A stretch of DNA of 64,000 bases, from the IMG/VR virus record IMGVR_UViG_3300035670_000143, positions 10,950 through 74,949 of that record, one strand, 5' to 3'. Made by a program: the position numbers and the translations under genes. This stretch comes from a virus. The notes below the pieces were generated by a model. That model was not told where the DNA came from. It ran no database searches and worked only from the letters and a program-made list of their open reading frames with translations. Within the stretch, counting starts at the first letter, position 1. Every line of letters begins with the position of its first letter. Positions 1 through 10,436 of this stretch are shown here, piece after piece.

Positions 1-3000
1 GCAACTCAAGCTAAGACTGGTAACACTAAAGCTAGATCAATGCGTAATGTCAAGAATGCTGTTGATGGAGTTACTAAAGCAGAAAAAGAAGCAGGATATA
101 CAATTAAAAAGACTACGCAAGCGACCGCTGCTTCAACAATGCCTACTGTTATATCTAAGCGTAGAACTGGTGACCGACCGGTTGGAACGGGTTATGGGTC
201 TCTTGTCTCAGAAAAAGATGTAAGAGCGCAAAGATTAATACCACCGGTTACCATTCCTGGTATCGCCAAGTTAAATCAAGAAATTGAAAAAGAATTGGAA
301 AGGATTAAGGGTCTATCTAGAAAAGGCCCACGCTCTGTAACTGCTGGCTGGGAAAGACTGTTTGGTAAGGCTGGGAAACTCGGTGTCTCCCCTCAGGATG
401 CAAGCACTGCTTTGCTTGGCTTTACTGATAGAGCAAATGCGCTAATTCAAAAACCTGGAAAGGCTGTTAGTGAGGCCGTATCAAAATCTGTCGAAACAAC
501 ATTAGATAAATTAACAGGGATGATGCCTCTTACGTCAGAAGCGATACTCTCTTCTTTCTCTCAATATAATGACAGCATTACAAAGTCTGGCGGTAAAGTT
601 AGTGATATTGTTAAGATCACCCAATCCAAGATTGCTCAAAAACTTGGCTCCGCTGGTCTCACGTTCCAGTCTGACACGTTAAAGGGAATTCTTGATGAGT
701 TTTCAAAAGGTACAGTTTTAAATGTTGGTGGGGTCATAGACACACTTGAGGCTGGTGCTACCCCCACGAAGAAACAGTTCAAAGATTTGTTTAGGGGTTT
801 TGGTCGTGGTACAAGTGCTAAATTGTTCCCATCAAATATTAAAGATGATATTCAAGCAATGATTCTTGGTGATAAAGATATTATTAAAGCCATAAAAAGA
901 GCTCCAGTGACTGCTGTTGATTACGCTGTTGAGGCAACTAAGGATTTATATGATGATTTCGAAGAAGGCACAACAATGCAATTCTTGGATCGCGTTAAGA
1001 AGCTGGAAGAGGATGCATCAGATCCAAAGTCTCGTCGTCGTATCCGTGATTTAACTAAAGGCATTTTACAAAAAACAACAGGGCCGGCGTACTATAGCGA
1101 TTATATACCTGAAAGAAAGAGAGCTCGTTTAGGGACTCTTCATTTGGAAGAAGCCTCTATAAAAGAAGCAGAATCTTTAAGAAGAAAAATTGCAGATCTT
1201 GAGGCAGCAAGAGCATCTGTGGAGAGAGCAGCAGAGCGTTCTGTTTCTGAAGCATTGAGTCAATCTTATACACCAAGAACAGTTGATGAATTTATTAATG
1301 ATGCTAAAAGAGGAGTATTTGAACCTAGAGAGGGTATGAGCAAGGCTGAGGCTACAGCGGTTAAATCTGGATTTGGTGCTGGGTATCAGAGAAGACTGAA
1401 AAAGATAGATGAAGATATTTCTAAAGCAAGAGCAAGGCTCGGTCTTGTATCTAAACAAGCCCCAGGTTTTTATGCAAGAAATATGCCTTTACCAAAAACA
1501 TTGGATGAACTTGAGGATATAGCATCTGGGATTGGGAGATTGGGCGATGCTCCTATTGTTGATGTTATTGGGGATAGAAGACCATCAGACTTTAGTTATG
1601 AGGCACTACAGTCGGTCAGGGGGGCGAGAATTGAAAGAGAAATGGGGATGCCTTTCAGACAAGTTGGGGAAGGCGGAATCATACGCTCAAGAGGTAGAAA
1701 TGTAAGAGATCTTATCCTTCGCGGTAGGAAGAAGATGGCGGAGGAGGCAAGAAGAAAATTTGCTTTCATGAGCCGTAAGCAGTACCCAGGTCTTTGGGCT
1801 GCGGCTGACATGCTAAAGAAGAATACTGGGTTAATGTCAATGTTGCCTTTGGCTGCTCTTGGCCCTGCTCTGGCTGGTATGGCTGATGTTCCTGGTGGTT
1901 TGTTAGGAAAACTGTTTGGTGGTGGTGCTGCCGGTGCAGCAATGATGGCTGTTGGTGGTGGTATTGGTGGTGGTGGTCTTGAAGAAACTCTTCTTGATAA
2001 GTTACTAGCAAAAAGAGTTGGTGATCCTAAGAAGGCTAAGGATTTCAAAAAAGCTATTATTGCTAAATTAACTAGCCTTGGTGGTGAAGGCAAAAGCTAT
2101 CTTGATATATTAACTCAACCTTTGAGTGCGCTTGGTGATCAGGTTGATGATCTAGTTTCAGGTCTTCCTGATGTTGTTAGACCTAAGAAATCGGTCAGTA
2201 GAATTACTGATATTATTTCTAAAGGCCCAGAGGCAATTGCTAAAAATGTTAATCATGTTGTTGATACAGCAGCTAGATCGCTTGATCAAATAATTGGTCC
2301 AGATGGTGACATTGCTAATGTCGGTTCAAATATTGATAATATGCTTAACAGAAGTATTTCTGTTTCGCAAAAAAGAAGTGCTGCTAATATCAAGGAAAGT
2401 GTTGATGAAGTTAAAAAATCCACTAAAGAGATTCGCCCTGAGCGATATTTGCAAAATATATCTGATTCAATAACTGATCCACTTGAAAAATTAAATGCTG
2501 CTAAAGATGAAGCCGTGAAGGATATTGTTAAGCAGGCTAGAACTCGCTCTACAGAAAGAAAGCCGCGCATTGATGCTTTGAGAAGAATTGGTCAAGATCT
2601 TGGATTAAGTGACGAAGCAATTGATGGAGTGCTCAAGTCATTTAGTGATGATATTGCTACAGTTAATAAGTCACTAGGCAGAACTCCTTCTGGTGCAAAA
2701 ATACAGGGCGAGGGCAGAAAGAGCGTTCAGGCTGTAGAAGAGAAAGTAACCAAGACTCGTAAAAAGGCTAGTGAAACTGTCAAAACAGCCATTACTAAAG
2801 ATATATGGGATGCGGCAGAAGAGGCAAAAGATGCTGCTATAGCAGCATCAAGAGTACCTGTTCCTTCAGCGGGTCAATTAATTTATGAAAGAGGAATGGC
2901 TCAGATTGAAGAGGCTAAGGCGAAAGCCAAGGCTGTTGTTGCTAAAGATATTTGGGATGATGTTGCTGAGACTGCGGATGAGGCTGCTGCAGCAGTTGTT

Positions 3001-6000
3001 GTTGGAACACAAACAACTAGCACACCGACACCTCCACCTCCGACTCGTCAGACCAGGCATGTAAAGAGAACCAGGCGCGTTGTTGGGGCTACGGTCGCTA
3101 AGGCGGGCTATGATTATGTTCAGATGATGCATGATGCTGCTATGGCTCATGCTCTTGCATCAATGGGTATGAGCATGGCTGGTGCTGGCGCAATTGCTGG
3201 CGCTGCTACTGGTGCTGCGCGAGGTCGTGTTGCTACTGCGATAGGTAGAGGTTTAACTACTCCGTTTACTAAACTTGGCAATAGTGTTTCTTATGCAACT
3301 ATAGCATTTGGCAGGTTCTCTTCTGTGTTCCTTGGGTTCATCCCGATTTTTGGCAAGATGATTAGTCAAGGTCTTGTGCGTTCTGGTGTTGGTGCTTTAA
3401 ATGCATCACGGGGTGTAAGCGGTGGGCTTAGGTCTCGTGTTGATGCTACAGAGTGGGGTAAAGTTGGCAAAACATTTGGTAAAATTGGTGCTGATTTTAC
3501 TGGCATGCTTGTTGGTTTTGCAAGACTTCTCAACCCACTCGGTGTGATTGCTGGATTAGTTAAGTCTATAGTAACCGGTTTAAAAATTGCTCTAATGGCT
3601 TCTGGTATCGGAATTCTTATTGGATTATTAGTTGCAGCAGTTATAGCAGTTAAGTCATCGATTCAAAATTTTGAGCCTATTATTGCTAAACTAAAAGAAG
3701 CATGGGGTTACATTAAAGAAGCACTCCAGATAATTGCAAAGCCTTTGATGGACATGATTCTTGCTTTCGCTGGCGCTTCCGCTTCTGCTAAGAATACTGG
3801 TGATTCATTGGAGGATTCAGCGAATTCCTCTAGGTCTGCATTTTCAGCAATTGTTATCGGCATTAATTTTATTGCTAAGAAATTTAGGGAAAATGCAGAT
3901 AAAATTGCAAAGTTTGTAAAGGAAAAAGTTGTTCCTGTTCTTGTATCTATTGTTAATACAGTTATTTCAATCGGTAAAGTAATCTACTTTGTGTTCACAG
4001 GTCAATTTGATAAGGCTGGCGATGCTGGTGCTGAGATGTTTATGCGTATTGGGCATGCTTTCTTAAGTCTTGTGAAGACTGTTGTTCCTATATTAAAGAG
4101 TTTACTACAAGCTGCAATTGTTGGATTTGGTAAACTAGCAGATTTCATATTTACTGCAATTACAAAAGCAATATCTGCAGCTCTTGAATGGGGTACATCT
4201 AAATTAGGTGGATGGATAGTAGGCGCTGGGAAGTGGATAGCCAATTCAATATTCTTAACACCTGGTACATTTGATAATTCATTCTGGTCTTGGGGTGGAA
4301 GTCTTCTTGAAAAGGGTTGGGATGGTCTATGGGGTAAAGTATTTGGTGACGACAAAGCAGAAAACGCTGGTCGTCAGGCGGGTCAAGATCTTGCAAATGG
4401 AATGTGGGAAGAGTATTATAATTCACGAATAGAAGCAGGTATGGCTGATGAATTCACTAGTCGTCTTATGGATCAAGATGTTAATTTAGGAGACTGGCTT
4501 CTTGAGAAACTTGATTTTGATCAAGGATGGATTGAATCTATTGTCGGTGGTCTTCTTGATGGTGTTGATTGGCTAGCCAATGGTTTGATTGGTGCTATCG
4601 ATAGCGCATTAGAAAGTATTGCTGAATCATTTAAAAAGAAGTTTGGTAGAGAAATTGATGTTCCTATTTCACTAACTCCAGATGGAGAAAAGAGTGAATT
4701 ACAAAAAGAAATTGATGAACTTGTATCGGAGATTTCTGGTGCTCTTGAAGGAACTGGTGAGGAAATTGGTAACGCTGTCGGTGGTGCGGTCAAGGATGCG
4801 TTGAAAGATTTACAGCAGAGATTTGTCGATCTTGTTGTTGACTATCTTGGTGATAGAGTTTCTAAGTATAAGTCTCAACTTACTGAACTTCTTGAAGAAC
4901 AAAAAGAGAAGCAGTTGCAGTATTTTGATGATCAACTTGCTGCATTAGATGCTCTTGAAAAGGCAGAAGAAGAATTAACAGAAACTAAAGATTATGAGAC
5001 TGGTCGTCGTCGTATGATTGAGGATCGTGATCTCCAGAGAGCGAAGTATCAACGTGAAAGAGCTCTTGCTATTTACGAGGGTCGTGTTGATGATGCTCGT
5101 ACTCTTGATCTTGAAGAGGAAAAGAATACTAAGTCTTTTAGAGATGAACTTGATCAGTATGATGGTGATAGAGCTAAGCAACTTCAGAGCCGACAGAGAG
5201 AAACTGTAAAGCAGATTTTAGAACAGCAGAAGAAAGATGCTGAAAAGGCTTTCGATGAGATCATTAAGAATTACGAAAAGTTTGTTGAAGACATCGGTAA
5301 GTATGGCACATATAATCAAGAAGAACTCGCAAAGCAGTTTGAGGAAATAAGAGGAAAAGCAGCAGAGGCCACTGCTGCAATGCAGACATCGTTTAGAGAG
5401 TATTATCTTGAGATACCGAAGATTATTCAGCAGTATACTGATCCAACTGTCGGTTTCTTTTCTGAGCCTTTAGATAAATTAATTTCGATTGCTAAGACTA
5501 AGTTTGGTCTTGGTGCTGATTCCGGCGCTTCTGCTGATTCTATTCTTGGCAATACTGCTGCTTTGATGCGTGAGATCGGCCAGACATTTATTGACATGGG
5601 GCCAACGGCGGGTCAGTCGTTTGAAACAGCATTCTCTGCTGTTATCGACAATTACATCACACCTATTGTCGATAAGATGCAAGAAGCATTCTTTGGATTT
5701 GACATTGCAGCAATTTTCCAAGAAGCAATTGACAATGCCAACATGGTTCTGATCAGGGAACAGCAGAAACTTATTGATGGCATGGGTTCTTTGGTTAAGG
5801 ATATGATTAGTTTATTGGATCCTGCTATTGCTAAATGGTATGCGTTACAGGCTGCAATTGAGGCAGCAGCGGGTGCTGCTAAGTCTTCTGGTGGAAGCAC
5901 TGGTGGCGGTGGGTTCGACCCAGGAGATGGCGCTCCTGTGGTTAATATATCACAATCGATTACATCATTCTTTAATAAACTATTCCCAAGATCTGCTTTT

Positions 6001-6615
6001 GAATCTGGCAGTGAGGGTACAATAGCCAGAAATACAGTATTGACTAAACTTATGTCAACACTGCCAGCGTTTATTAGTGATGTTAGCACTGGTAAATATA
6101 CGATTAGTGCTTTATTGAATTATCTTGCTCCGAATACAGGGATAAATATGTATTTAAGGAAGTTCTTGCAAGATTCTGGCTTCCTTAGTGCTGTTGGGGT
6201 GTCTAGATATTTTGGTGGTGTAATACCAAGCTTTGGTTATGGCGGTAAGATGAAGAAGTATGGTCTCGGTGGATTCGCAGTCCCAGGTTTTGCTTCTACT
6301 GCTGTGCCGGCATTATTACATGGCGGTGAATATGTTGTAAATGCTAAGGCTGTTCAGGCAATAGGAATGTCTACACTACAGAATCTTAATAATATGAGGT
6401 TCACTTCACCAGGAAGAATGCAGTCTCCGCAAGTTACAACAATTAACGAAACTAAGAATGTTAATATTTATGTTGATAACTTTATTGGTGAACAGCAGTG
6501 GTTTGAGTCGATGATGAAGGAGTACAATGTCAAAGTGGCTCCCAGGAATCAGAAGTCGGCTGGTCTTGAGGTGAGAACTGTGAGTTCTTACTCTGGTTTG
6601 AATAGGGGTCTGTGA
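1..6615 (+). CDS. Tape measure protein (5'-truncated; frame open from base 1)
   Basis: >2190 aa, Ala/Gly/Lys-rich helical sequence, hydrophobic stretches, coiled coil, C-terminal LLHGGEYVVNAKAV motif typical of TMP ends; followed by tail genes. Confidence 0.9.
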   Translation, partial: ATQAKTGNTKARSMRNVKNAVDGVTKAEKEAGYTIKKTTQATAASTMPTVISKRRTGDRPVGTGYGSLVSEKDVRAQRLIPPVTIPGIAKLNQEIEKELERIKGLSRKGPRSVTAGWERLFGKAGKLGVSPQDASTALLGFTDRANALIQKPGKAVSEAVSKSVETTLDKLTGMMPLTSEAILSSFSQYNDSITKSGGKVSDIVKITQSKIAQKLGSAGLTFQSDTLKGILDEFSKGTVLNVGGVIDTLEAGATPTKKQFKDLFRGFGRGTSAKLFPSNIKDDIQAMILGDKDIIKAIKRAPVTAVDYAVEATKDLYDDFEEGTTMQFLDRVKKLEEDASDPKSRRRIRDLTKGILQKTTGPAYYSDYIPERKRARLGTLHLEEASIKEAESLRRKIADLEAARASVERAAERSVSEALSQSYTPRTVDEFINDAKRGVFEPREGMSKAEATAVKSGFGAGYQRRLKKIDEDISKARARLGLVSKQAPGFYARNMPLPKTLDELEDIASGIGRLGDAPIVDVIGDRRPSDFSYEALQSVRGARIEREMGMPFRQVGEGGIIRSRGRNVRDLILRGRKKMAEEARRKFAFMSRKQYPGLWAAADMLKKNTGLMSMLPLAALGPALAGMADVPGGLLGKLFGGGAAGAAMMAVGGGIGGGGLEETLLDKLLAKRVGDPKKAKDFKKAIIAKLTSLGGEGKSYLDILTQPLSALGDQVDDLVSGLPDVVRPKKSVSRITDIISKGPEAIAKNVNHVVDTAARSLDQIIGPDGDIANVGSNIDNMLNRSISVSQKRSAANIKESVDEVKKSTKEIRPERYLQNISDSITDPLEKLNAAKDEAVKDIVKQARTRSTERKPRIDALRRIGQDLGLSDEAIDGVLKSFSDDIATVNKSLGRTPSGAKIQGEGRKSVQAVEEKVTKTRKKASETVKTAITKDIWDAAEEAKDAAIAASRVPVPSAGQLIYERGMAQIEEAKAKAKAVVAKDIWDDVAETADEAAAAVVVGTQTTSTPTPPPPTRQTRHVKRTRRVVGATVAKAGYDYVQMMHDAAMAHALASMGMSMAGAGAIAGAATGAARGRVATAIGRGLTTPFTKLGNSVSYATIAFGRFSSVFLGFIPIFGKMISQGLVRSGVGALNASRGVSGGLRSRVDATEWGKVGKTFGKIGADFTGMLVGFARLLNPLGVIAGLVKSIVTGLKIALMASGIGILIGLLVAAVIAVKSSIQNFEPIIAKLKEAWGYIKEALQIIAKPLMDMILAFAGASASAKNTGDSLEDSANSSRSAFSAIVIGINFIAKKFRENADKIAKFVKEKVVPVLVSIVNTVISIGKVIYFVFTGQFDKAGDAGAEMFMRIGHAFLSLVKTVVPILKSLLQAAIVGFGKLADFIFTAITKAISAALEWGTSKLGGWIVGAGKWIANSIFLTPGTFDNSFWSWGGSLLEKGWDGLWGKVFGDDKAENAGRQAGQDLANGMWEEYYNSRIEAGMADEFTSRLMDQDVNLGDWLLEKLDFDQGWIESIVGGLLDGVDWLANGLIGAIDSALESIAESFKKKFGREIDVPISLTPDGEKSELQKEIDELVSEISGALEGTGEEIGNAVGGAVKDALKDLQQRFVDLVVDYLGDRVSKYKSQLTELLEEQKEKQLQYFDDQLAALDALEKAEEELTETKDYETGRRRMIEDRDLQRAKYQRERALAIYEGRVDDARTLDLEEEKNTKSFRDELDQYDGDRAKQLQSRQRETVKQILEQQKKDAEKAFDEIIKNYEKFVEDIGKYGTYNQEELAKQFEEIRGKAAEATAAMQTSFREYYLEIPKIIQQYTDPTVGFFSEPLDKLISIAKTKFGLGADSGASADSILGNTAALMREIGQTFIDMGPTAGQSFETAFSAVIDNYITPIVDKMQEAFFGFDIAAIFQEAIDNANMVLIREQQKLIDGMGSLVKDMISLLDPAIAKWYALQAAIEAAAGAAKSSGGSTGGGGFDPGDGAPVVNISQSITSFFNKLFPRSAFESGSEGTIARNTVLTKLMSTLPAFISDVSTGKYTISALLNYLAPNTGINMYLRKFLQDSGFLSAVGVSRYFGGVIPSFGYGGKMKKYGLGGFAVPGFASTAVPALLHGGEYVVNAKAVQAIGMSTLQNLNNMRFTSPGRMQSPQVTTINETKNVNIYVDNFIGEQQWFESMMKEYNVKVAPRNQKSAGLEVRTVSSYSGLNRGL

Positions 6616-7010
6616 TGTCTATTATTTCTTTTTTTTCTCTTAATGGAACAGAGATAACTGAGCATAATAGAAAGTATGACTCAGGACAGTATCAGCAACT
6701 TTCTGATGTTGAGACCGCATCGGGCCGTCTAAAAAGATTTTATAAGAACAATAAAAAGGTGATGAAGTTTCAGTTTTCATATTTGCCATCTTTGTCTAGC
6801 AAGACTGTGGACGGTCGTGCGGGGAGAGATTTTCTTCATAATTTGGCGCTCAACAATCCTAATGTAACAGTCCAATATCAGGATGAGCCGTCAGCTCCGG
6901 TTCGACAGATCCAGGGGTTTATTTCTAACTATAGCGAGTCAATTGTGAGAAGGGATCTCCAGACTCAATGTACTTATTATGATATTGATTTTGTAATAGA
7001 GGAAAGGTAA
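6615..7010 (+). CDS. Distal tail / tail-tip protein
   Basis: Directly after TMP with TGATG overlap; similar to the C-terminal domain of 10436..12490 (TEHNR, TVD..GRD, YSE..VRRD). Confidence 0.6.
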   Translation: MSIISFFSLNGTEITEHNRKYDSGQYQQLSDVETASGRLKRFYKNNKKVMKFQFSYLPSLSSKTVDGRAGRDFLHNLALNNPNVTVQYQDEPSAPVRQIQGFISNYSESIVRRDLQTQCTYYDIDFVIEER

Positions 7011-7060
7011 GATGGGCGTTTTTATAGATAAATATGATATAATTTTCATAAGGAGTCATT

Positions 7061-7288
7061 ATGGCAATTAATTTTCCGGTGTCTTTAGATACCTTAACCA
7101 ACCCGCTTGGTAGTGATTCGATGGTCGCTGTCCCTCACGCTGATCAGCATGCTGATGCTAATGATGCGATTGAGGCTTTGCAGGTAAAGGTTGGAATAGA
7201 TGGCTCAGAAGATGTGAATTCTTTAGACTATAAAGTTCGTAATCTATCATCTGATGTTATTGCTTTAATCGTTGCTTTAGGAGGATAA
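7061..7288 (+). CDS. Short virion adaptor / tail-fibre N-terminal module
   Basis: FPxSLD..NP..HA.QHA..NDA.EALQ.KVG.D.S...SLDYKV, also at the N-terminus of 8875..9531; AAGGAG RBS. Confidence 0.6.
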   Translation: MAINFPVSLDTLTNPLGSDSMVAVPHADQHADANDAIEALQVKVGIDGSEDVNSLDYKVRNLSSDVIALIVALGG

Positions 7289-7289
7289 A

Positions 7290-7610
7290 ATGGCAAATAC
7301 TTTTAAGGTTTATCGTGCTGCTCTTGGCGGATCGGCGGGTGTTGTTTATACCACTCCGTCTGCTACTACTACTGTTGTTCTCATGATTCAAGCCGCCAAT
7401 GTTGATAATACCGGAGTTGTGCCTGTAACTGCAACATGGAATGACGGAACTAACGATACACACTTAGTTAAGGGATTAGAAATTCCCAGCAAGGCTGCCG
7501 TGAATCTGATCTCAGGGAAACTTGTGCTTGAGGCAGGTGACACACTCAGTGCAAACAGTGACGCTACCAATAAAGTTGAAATTACTGTTTCACTATTGGA
7601 GATTAGTTAA
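7290..7610 (+). CDS. Small beta-rich virion structural protein
   Basis: GGAGG RBS, beta-strand pattern, tail-gene context. Confidence 0.55.
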   Translation: MANTFKVYRAALGGSAGVVYTTPSATTTVVLMIQAANVDNTGVVPVTATWNDGTNDTHLVKGLEIPSKAAVNLISGKLVLEAGDTLSANSDATNKVEITVSLLEIS

Positions 7611-8281
7611 TGAGCGAGCCTTTTGTTGGTCCTATTCCAGTTGTATCTTCTAGTTCTGCTAGTGGAATATGGGGCGTGGGCGATGTCTATCAATATCGGT
7701 CAAAGGGTTCTTGGCCTCTTTATATATCTAACTCAGAAAGCAATCCAGCTAATTCACCGACTGATCTAAAGGCCGCAGGACCGCCTCCTAATGGTTTTTA
7801 TTGGTATCAAAGCGGATCTATGACTGCTGCAGTTAGTTTATATACAGATTTTGACCTAGTAGACAGCAAGGCATGGGTTCGTGTTTTTAGTTCTCCATAT
7901 AATAGCACTGCGACAGTTAATGAAGTTGGCAAAAGCATACCTTGGAATGGTTTCCTCATACAGAGAAATGATGCTGGTTTACGTGGTTATACATATTTTG
8001 GTTCGAATCAGTTGTTTAATACAAGAAGTTCTACTGATACTTCGACAGGGGGTAATCGCAGCGGGATGCGTGTTTTTATAGGGGCTGCTGGCGGTCATGG
8101 AATTTATTCAACTGCACAAAATCCATGCAATTGGCCAGATGGCGTGAATGCAATAGGTGCTGGCTGGAATGGAAGCACTTGCGGAAGCTTCCCAGACGGT
8201 CTGCTCTGGGGAACGGGTCAAAGTGGTAACCCTGTATATTTAAATGCAAGTGGTACTTGGGAAACATGGATAACTTGGTAA
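7610..8281 (+). CDS. Putative receptor-binding / lectin-like virion protein
   Basis: N-terminal SASGIW...GSWP peptide, then a Trp/Gly-rich globular domain (PANSP..L...NGFYW resembles a fibrinogen-like start). Confidence 0.5.
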   Translation: MSEPFVGPIPVVSSSSASGIWGVGDVYQYRSKGSWPLYISNSESNPANSPTDLKAAGPPPNGFYWYQSGSMTAAVSLYTDFDLVDSKAWVRVFSSPYNSTATVNEVGKSIPWNGFLIQRNDAGLRGYTYFGSNQLFNTRSSTDTSTGGNRSGMRVFIGAAGGHGIYSTAQNPCNWPDGVNAIGAGWNGSTCGSFPDGLLWGTGQSGNPVYLNASGTWETWITW

Positions 8282-8448
8282 CCTCCATTCTAGGCAAAAA
8301 TGTTTCGGATCTGGCTATGAAAAGATTTAATATTTGCCTTAAATGTCCATATATATCTGAATATAGATGTTCATTCAAAAATTGTGGGTGCTTCGTGTCA
8401 GTTATTGTCCAAGATATCAATAAAAAATGCCCAGATGGTAATTGGTAA
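8266..8448 (+). CDS. Small Cys-rich protein (DUF6171-like)
   Basis: R..IC..CP....RC...CGCFV......KCP.G.W pattern. Confidence 0.55.
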   Translation: MDNLVTSILGKNVSDLAMKRFNICLKCPYISEYRCSFKNCGCFVSVIVQDINKKCPDGNW

Positions 8449-8497
8449 TTTTGATTTATACATTTTTTAATGGTATTATATGTATGTGAGGTAAGCA

Positions 8498-8866
8498 ATG
8501 TCAATTTCAAATTATGCTGAAAATAAAATTTTAGACCATCTAGCAGGTGTTACGTCATGGACTATGCCTTCTGCTCTATATATCCAACTGCATACTGGTG
8601 ATCCTGGTGAAAATGGCACTTCATCTGCTGCTGTAGAAAACAGTCGTAAATCAGTGTCTTGGGGCAGTGCTTCGGGGGGAAGTATATCTGCTAGTGCTGC
8701 AATTTCTTGGGTTAATGTCGCTGCTGAGGAAACTTATACTCATTGGAGTATTTGGGATGCCTCTACTAGTGGCAACTGTTTGTGGACTGGAGCTCTTTCT
8801 TCAAGTGCATCGATGTTGGTAGGTGAGTCTTTTCAAATAACCTCTCTGTCTTTAACGCTTGATTAG
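8498..8866 (+). CDS. Minor tail / fibre-associated protein
   Basis: SNYAENKILDH..LYIQLHTGDPGE.GT..THWSIWDASTSGN.L pattern common in phage tail modules. Confidence 0.65.
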   Translation: MSISNYAENKILDHLAGVTSWTMPSALYIQLHTGDPGENGTSSAAVENSRKSVSWGSASGGSISASAAISWVNVAAEETYTHWSIWDASTSGNCLWTGALSSSASMLVGESFQITSLSLTLD

Positions 8867-8874
8867 GAGGTTGC

Positions 8875-9531
8875 ATGACAACTTCGTTTCCTTCTTCGTT
8901 AGATTCTTTTAGCAATCCAACATCTATAGATAGTTTAAGCAATCCTTCACATGCTGGACAGCACGCTAATGTTAATGATGCCGTAGAAGCTTTGCAGGCG
9001 AAAGTTGGTGTGGACAGCTCGGCTGTTGCGACTAGTCTTGACTATAAAGTTTCTCAACTTGAAACGAATAGTGTTACTTTATCTGGGTCTGCAACCTTAA
9101 CAAATAAAACTTTATCTGCTCCTATTATCAATGACGCAGTTCTGAAAAGCACAAAAGAGTCGTGGTCAATTTCAAATACAGCTATATCTGGTACTGTGAA
9201 TTTGAATGTTCTTACATCTAGTGCCTGGATTTATACGAATGGGGCATCAAACAATTGGACTTTAAATATAAGCGATGGAAACAATACGTTTGGTAATTCT
9301 CTATCTGTCGGTGACTCTATGACCGTAGTTCTTGCAGTTACTCTGGGCGGTGTTGGCTATTATTGTGATGAAGTTAGAATTGATGATCTTATAGTATATC
9401 CAGAATGGCAGGGGGATGTTACTCCATCTTCTGGTAATGCAAACTCAACTGACGTTTATATATTCACTATTATTAAAACAAACTCTGCACCGTCATATAC
9501 AATTCTTGCTTCGCAGACACAGTTTGCGTGA
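8875..9531 (+). CDS. Tail fibre / adaptor protein
   Basis: N-terminal module as in 7061; TLTNKTL motif; C-terminal beta domain ending YTILASQTQFA. Confidence 0.65.
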   Translation: MTTSFPSSLDSFSNPTSIDSLSNPSHAGQHANVNDAVEALQAKVGVDSSAVATSLDYKVSQLETNSVTLSGSATLTNKTLSAPIINDAVLKSTKESWSISNTAISGTVNLNVLTSSAWIYTNGASNNWTLNISDGNNTFGNSLSVGDSMTVVLAVTLGGVGYYCDEVRIDDLIVYPEWQGDVTPSSGNANSTDVYIFTIIKTNSAPSYTILASQTQFA

Positions 9532-9540
9532 GGTTAATGT

Positions 9541-10380
9541 ATGCCATTAATTACCACATTTGCATCTTCAAGCATTAGTGGATTAGGGTTCTCTGGCTCT
9601 AGGTCAGAAATCTTATTAATTGATTATTTCATTGTTGGTGGCGGTGGTGGTGGTCAAGGTGATCGTGGCGGTGGAGGCGGTGGAGGCTATACGACCTATG
9701 GAAGTGTTGTAGTTGAACCACTTGTCGATTACACAGTTGTTGTAGGTGCTGGAGGCGCTGGAGGCACTGGAGGTTTTAATATTTCCAATCCTGGCTCTAA
9801 CGGTGGAACATCTCAGTTTTCTACTTTTACTTCGGCTGGTGGTGTTGGTGGTGGAAATGCCGGCGGCAAGTCTGGCGGCAATGGTGGATCTGGTGGTGGT
9901 TCTGGCAATGGTACGAATAGCGCACTGGATTTATCTGGTGGTTCTAATGGTGGCAATGGGTCTAATAGCGGTGGCACTGGCCAGGGGACAACAACGCAAT
10001 CATTTGGCAATCCTCCGTTTATAAGAAATAATATTGTTTATTATGGTGCAGGTGGTGGTGGTGGTTCATATGACAGTTCTTCGATTATTACCGGTGGGGA
10101 AAGTTTTGGTGGTAATGGCGGTAGAAGATTGAATACATTAAACCCTACAAATGGTGGACCTAACTCTGGTGGTGGAGGGGGCGGTGGAATGGAGCAGGGT
10201 AATGGCGCAAGTGGTGGATCGGGGACTGTTTGGCTTAGGCATCCGTCTGCGTATAATGGAGAATTTATTACCAGCCCAGGTTTAGTTTATAATACACAAT
10301 TAACAGATGGTTATATTTATTACTTTTTTGAAGCAGGCTCTGGTACTGTATCGTGGGCGCGCTCACTCAGCCTTTTCTGA
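9541..10380 (+). CDS. Glycine-rich virion protein
   Basis: VGGGGGG...VVVGAGGAGG...GGSGTV pattern of the phage glycine-rich domain family. Confidence 0.75.
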   Translation: MPLITTFASSSISGLGFSGSRSEILLIDYFIVGGGGGGQGDRGGGGGGGYTTYGSVVVEPLVDYTVVVGAGGAGGTGGFNISNPGSNGGTSQFSTFTSAGGVGGGNAGGKSGGNGGSGGGSGNGTNSALDLSGGSNGGNGSNSGGTGQGTTTQSFGNPPFIRNNIVYYGAGGGGGSYDSSSIITGGESFGGNGGRRLNTLNPTNGGPNSGGGGGGGMEQGNGASGGSGTVWLRHPSAYNGEFITSPGLVYNTQLTDGYIYYFFEAGSGTVSWARSLSLF

Positions 10381-10420
10381 TTAAGCGGGTTTTGCAGGAA
10401 TTATTTAGAACACATTATAA

Positions 10421-10436
10421 GGTATAATAGTATGTA
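10421..10436 (+). promoter_or_regulatory. -10 element for a leaderless transcript
   Basis: GGTATAAT; TATAAT at 10423-10428, 7 nt before the ATG, no SD. Confidence 0.6.

Noticed and set aside
9630-10230. GGT/GGC-rich low-complexity DNA as a repeat element
   Set aside because: It simply encodes the glycine-rich virion protein.
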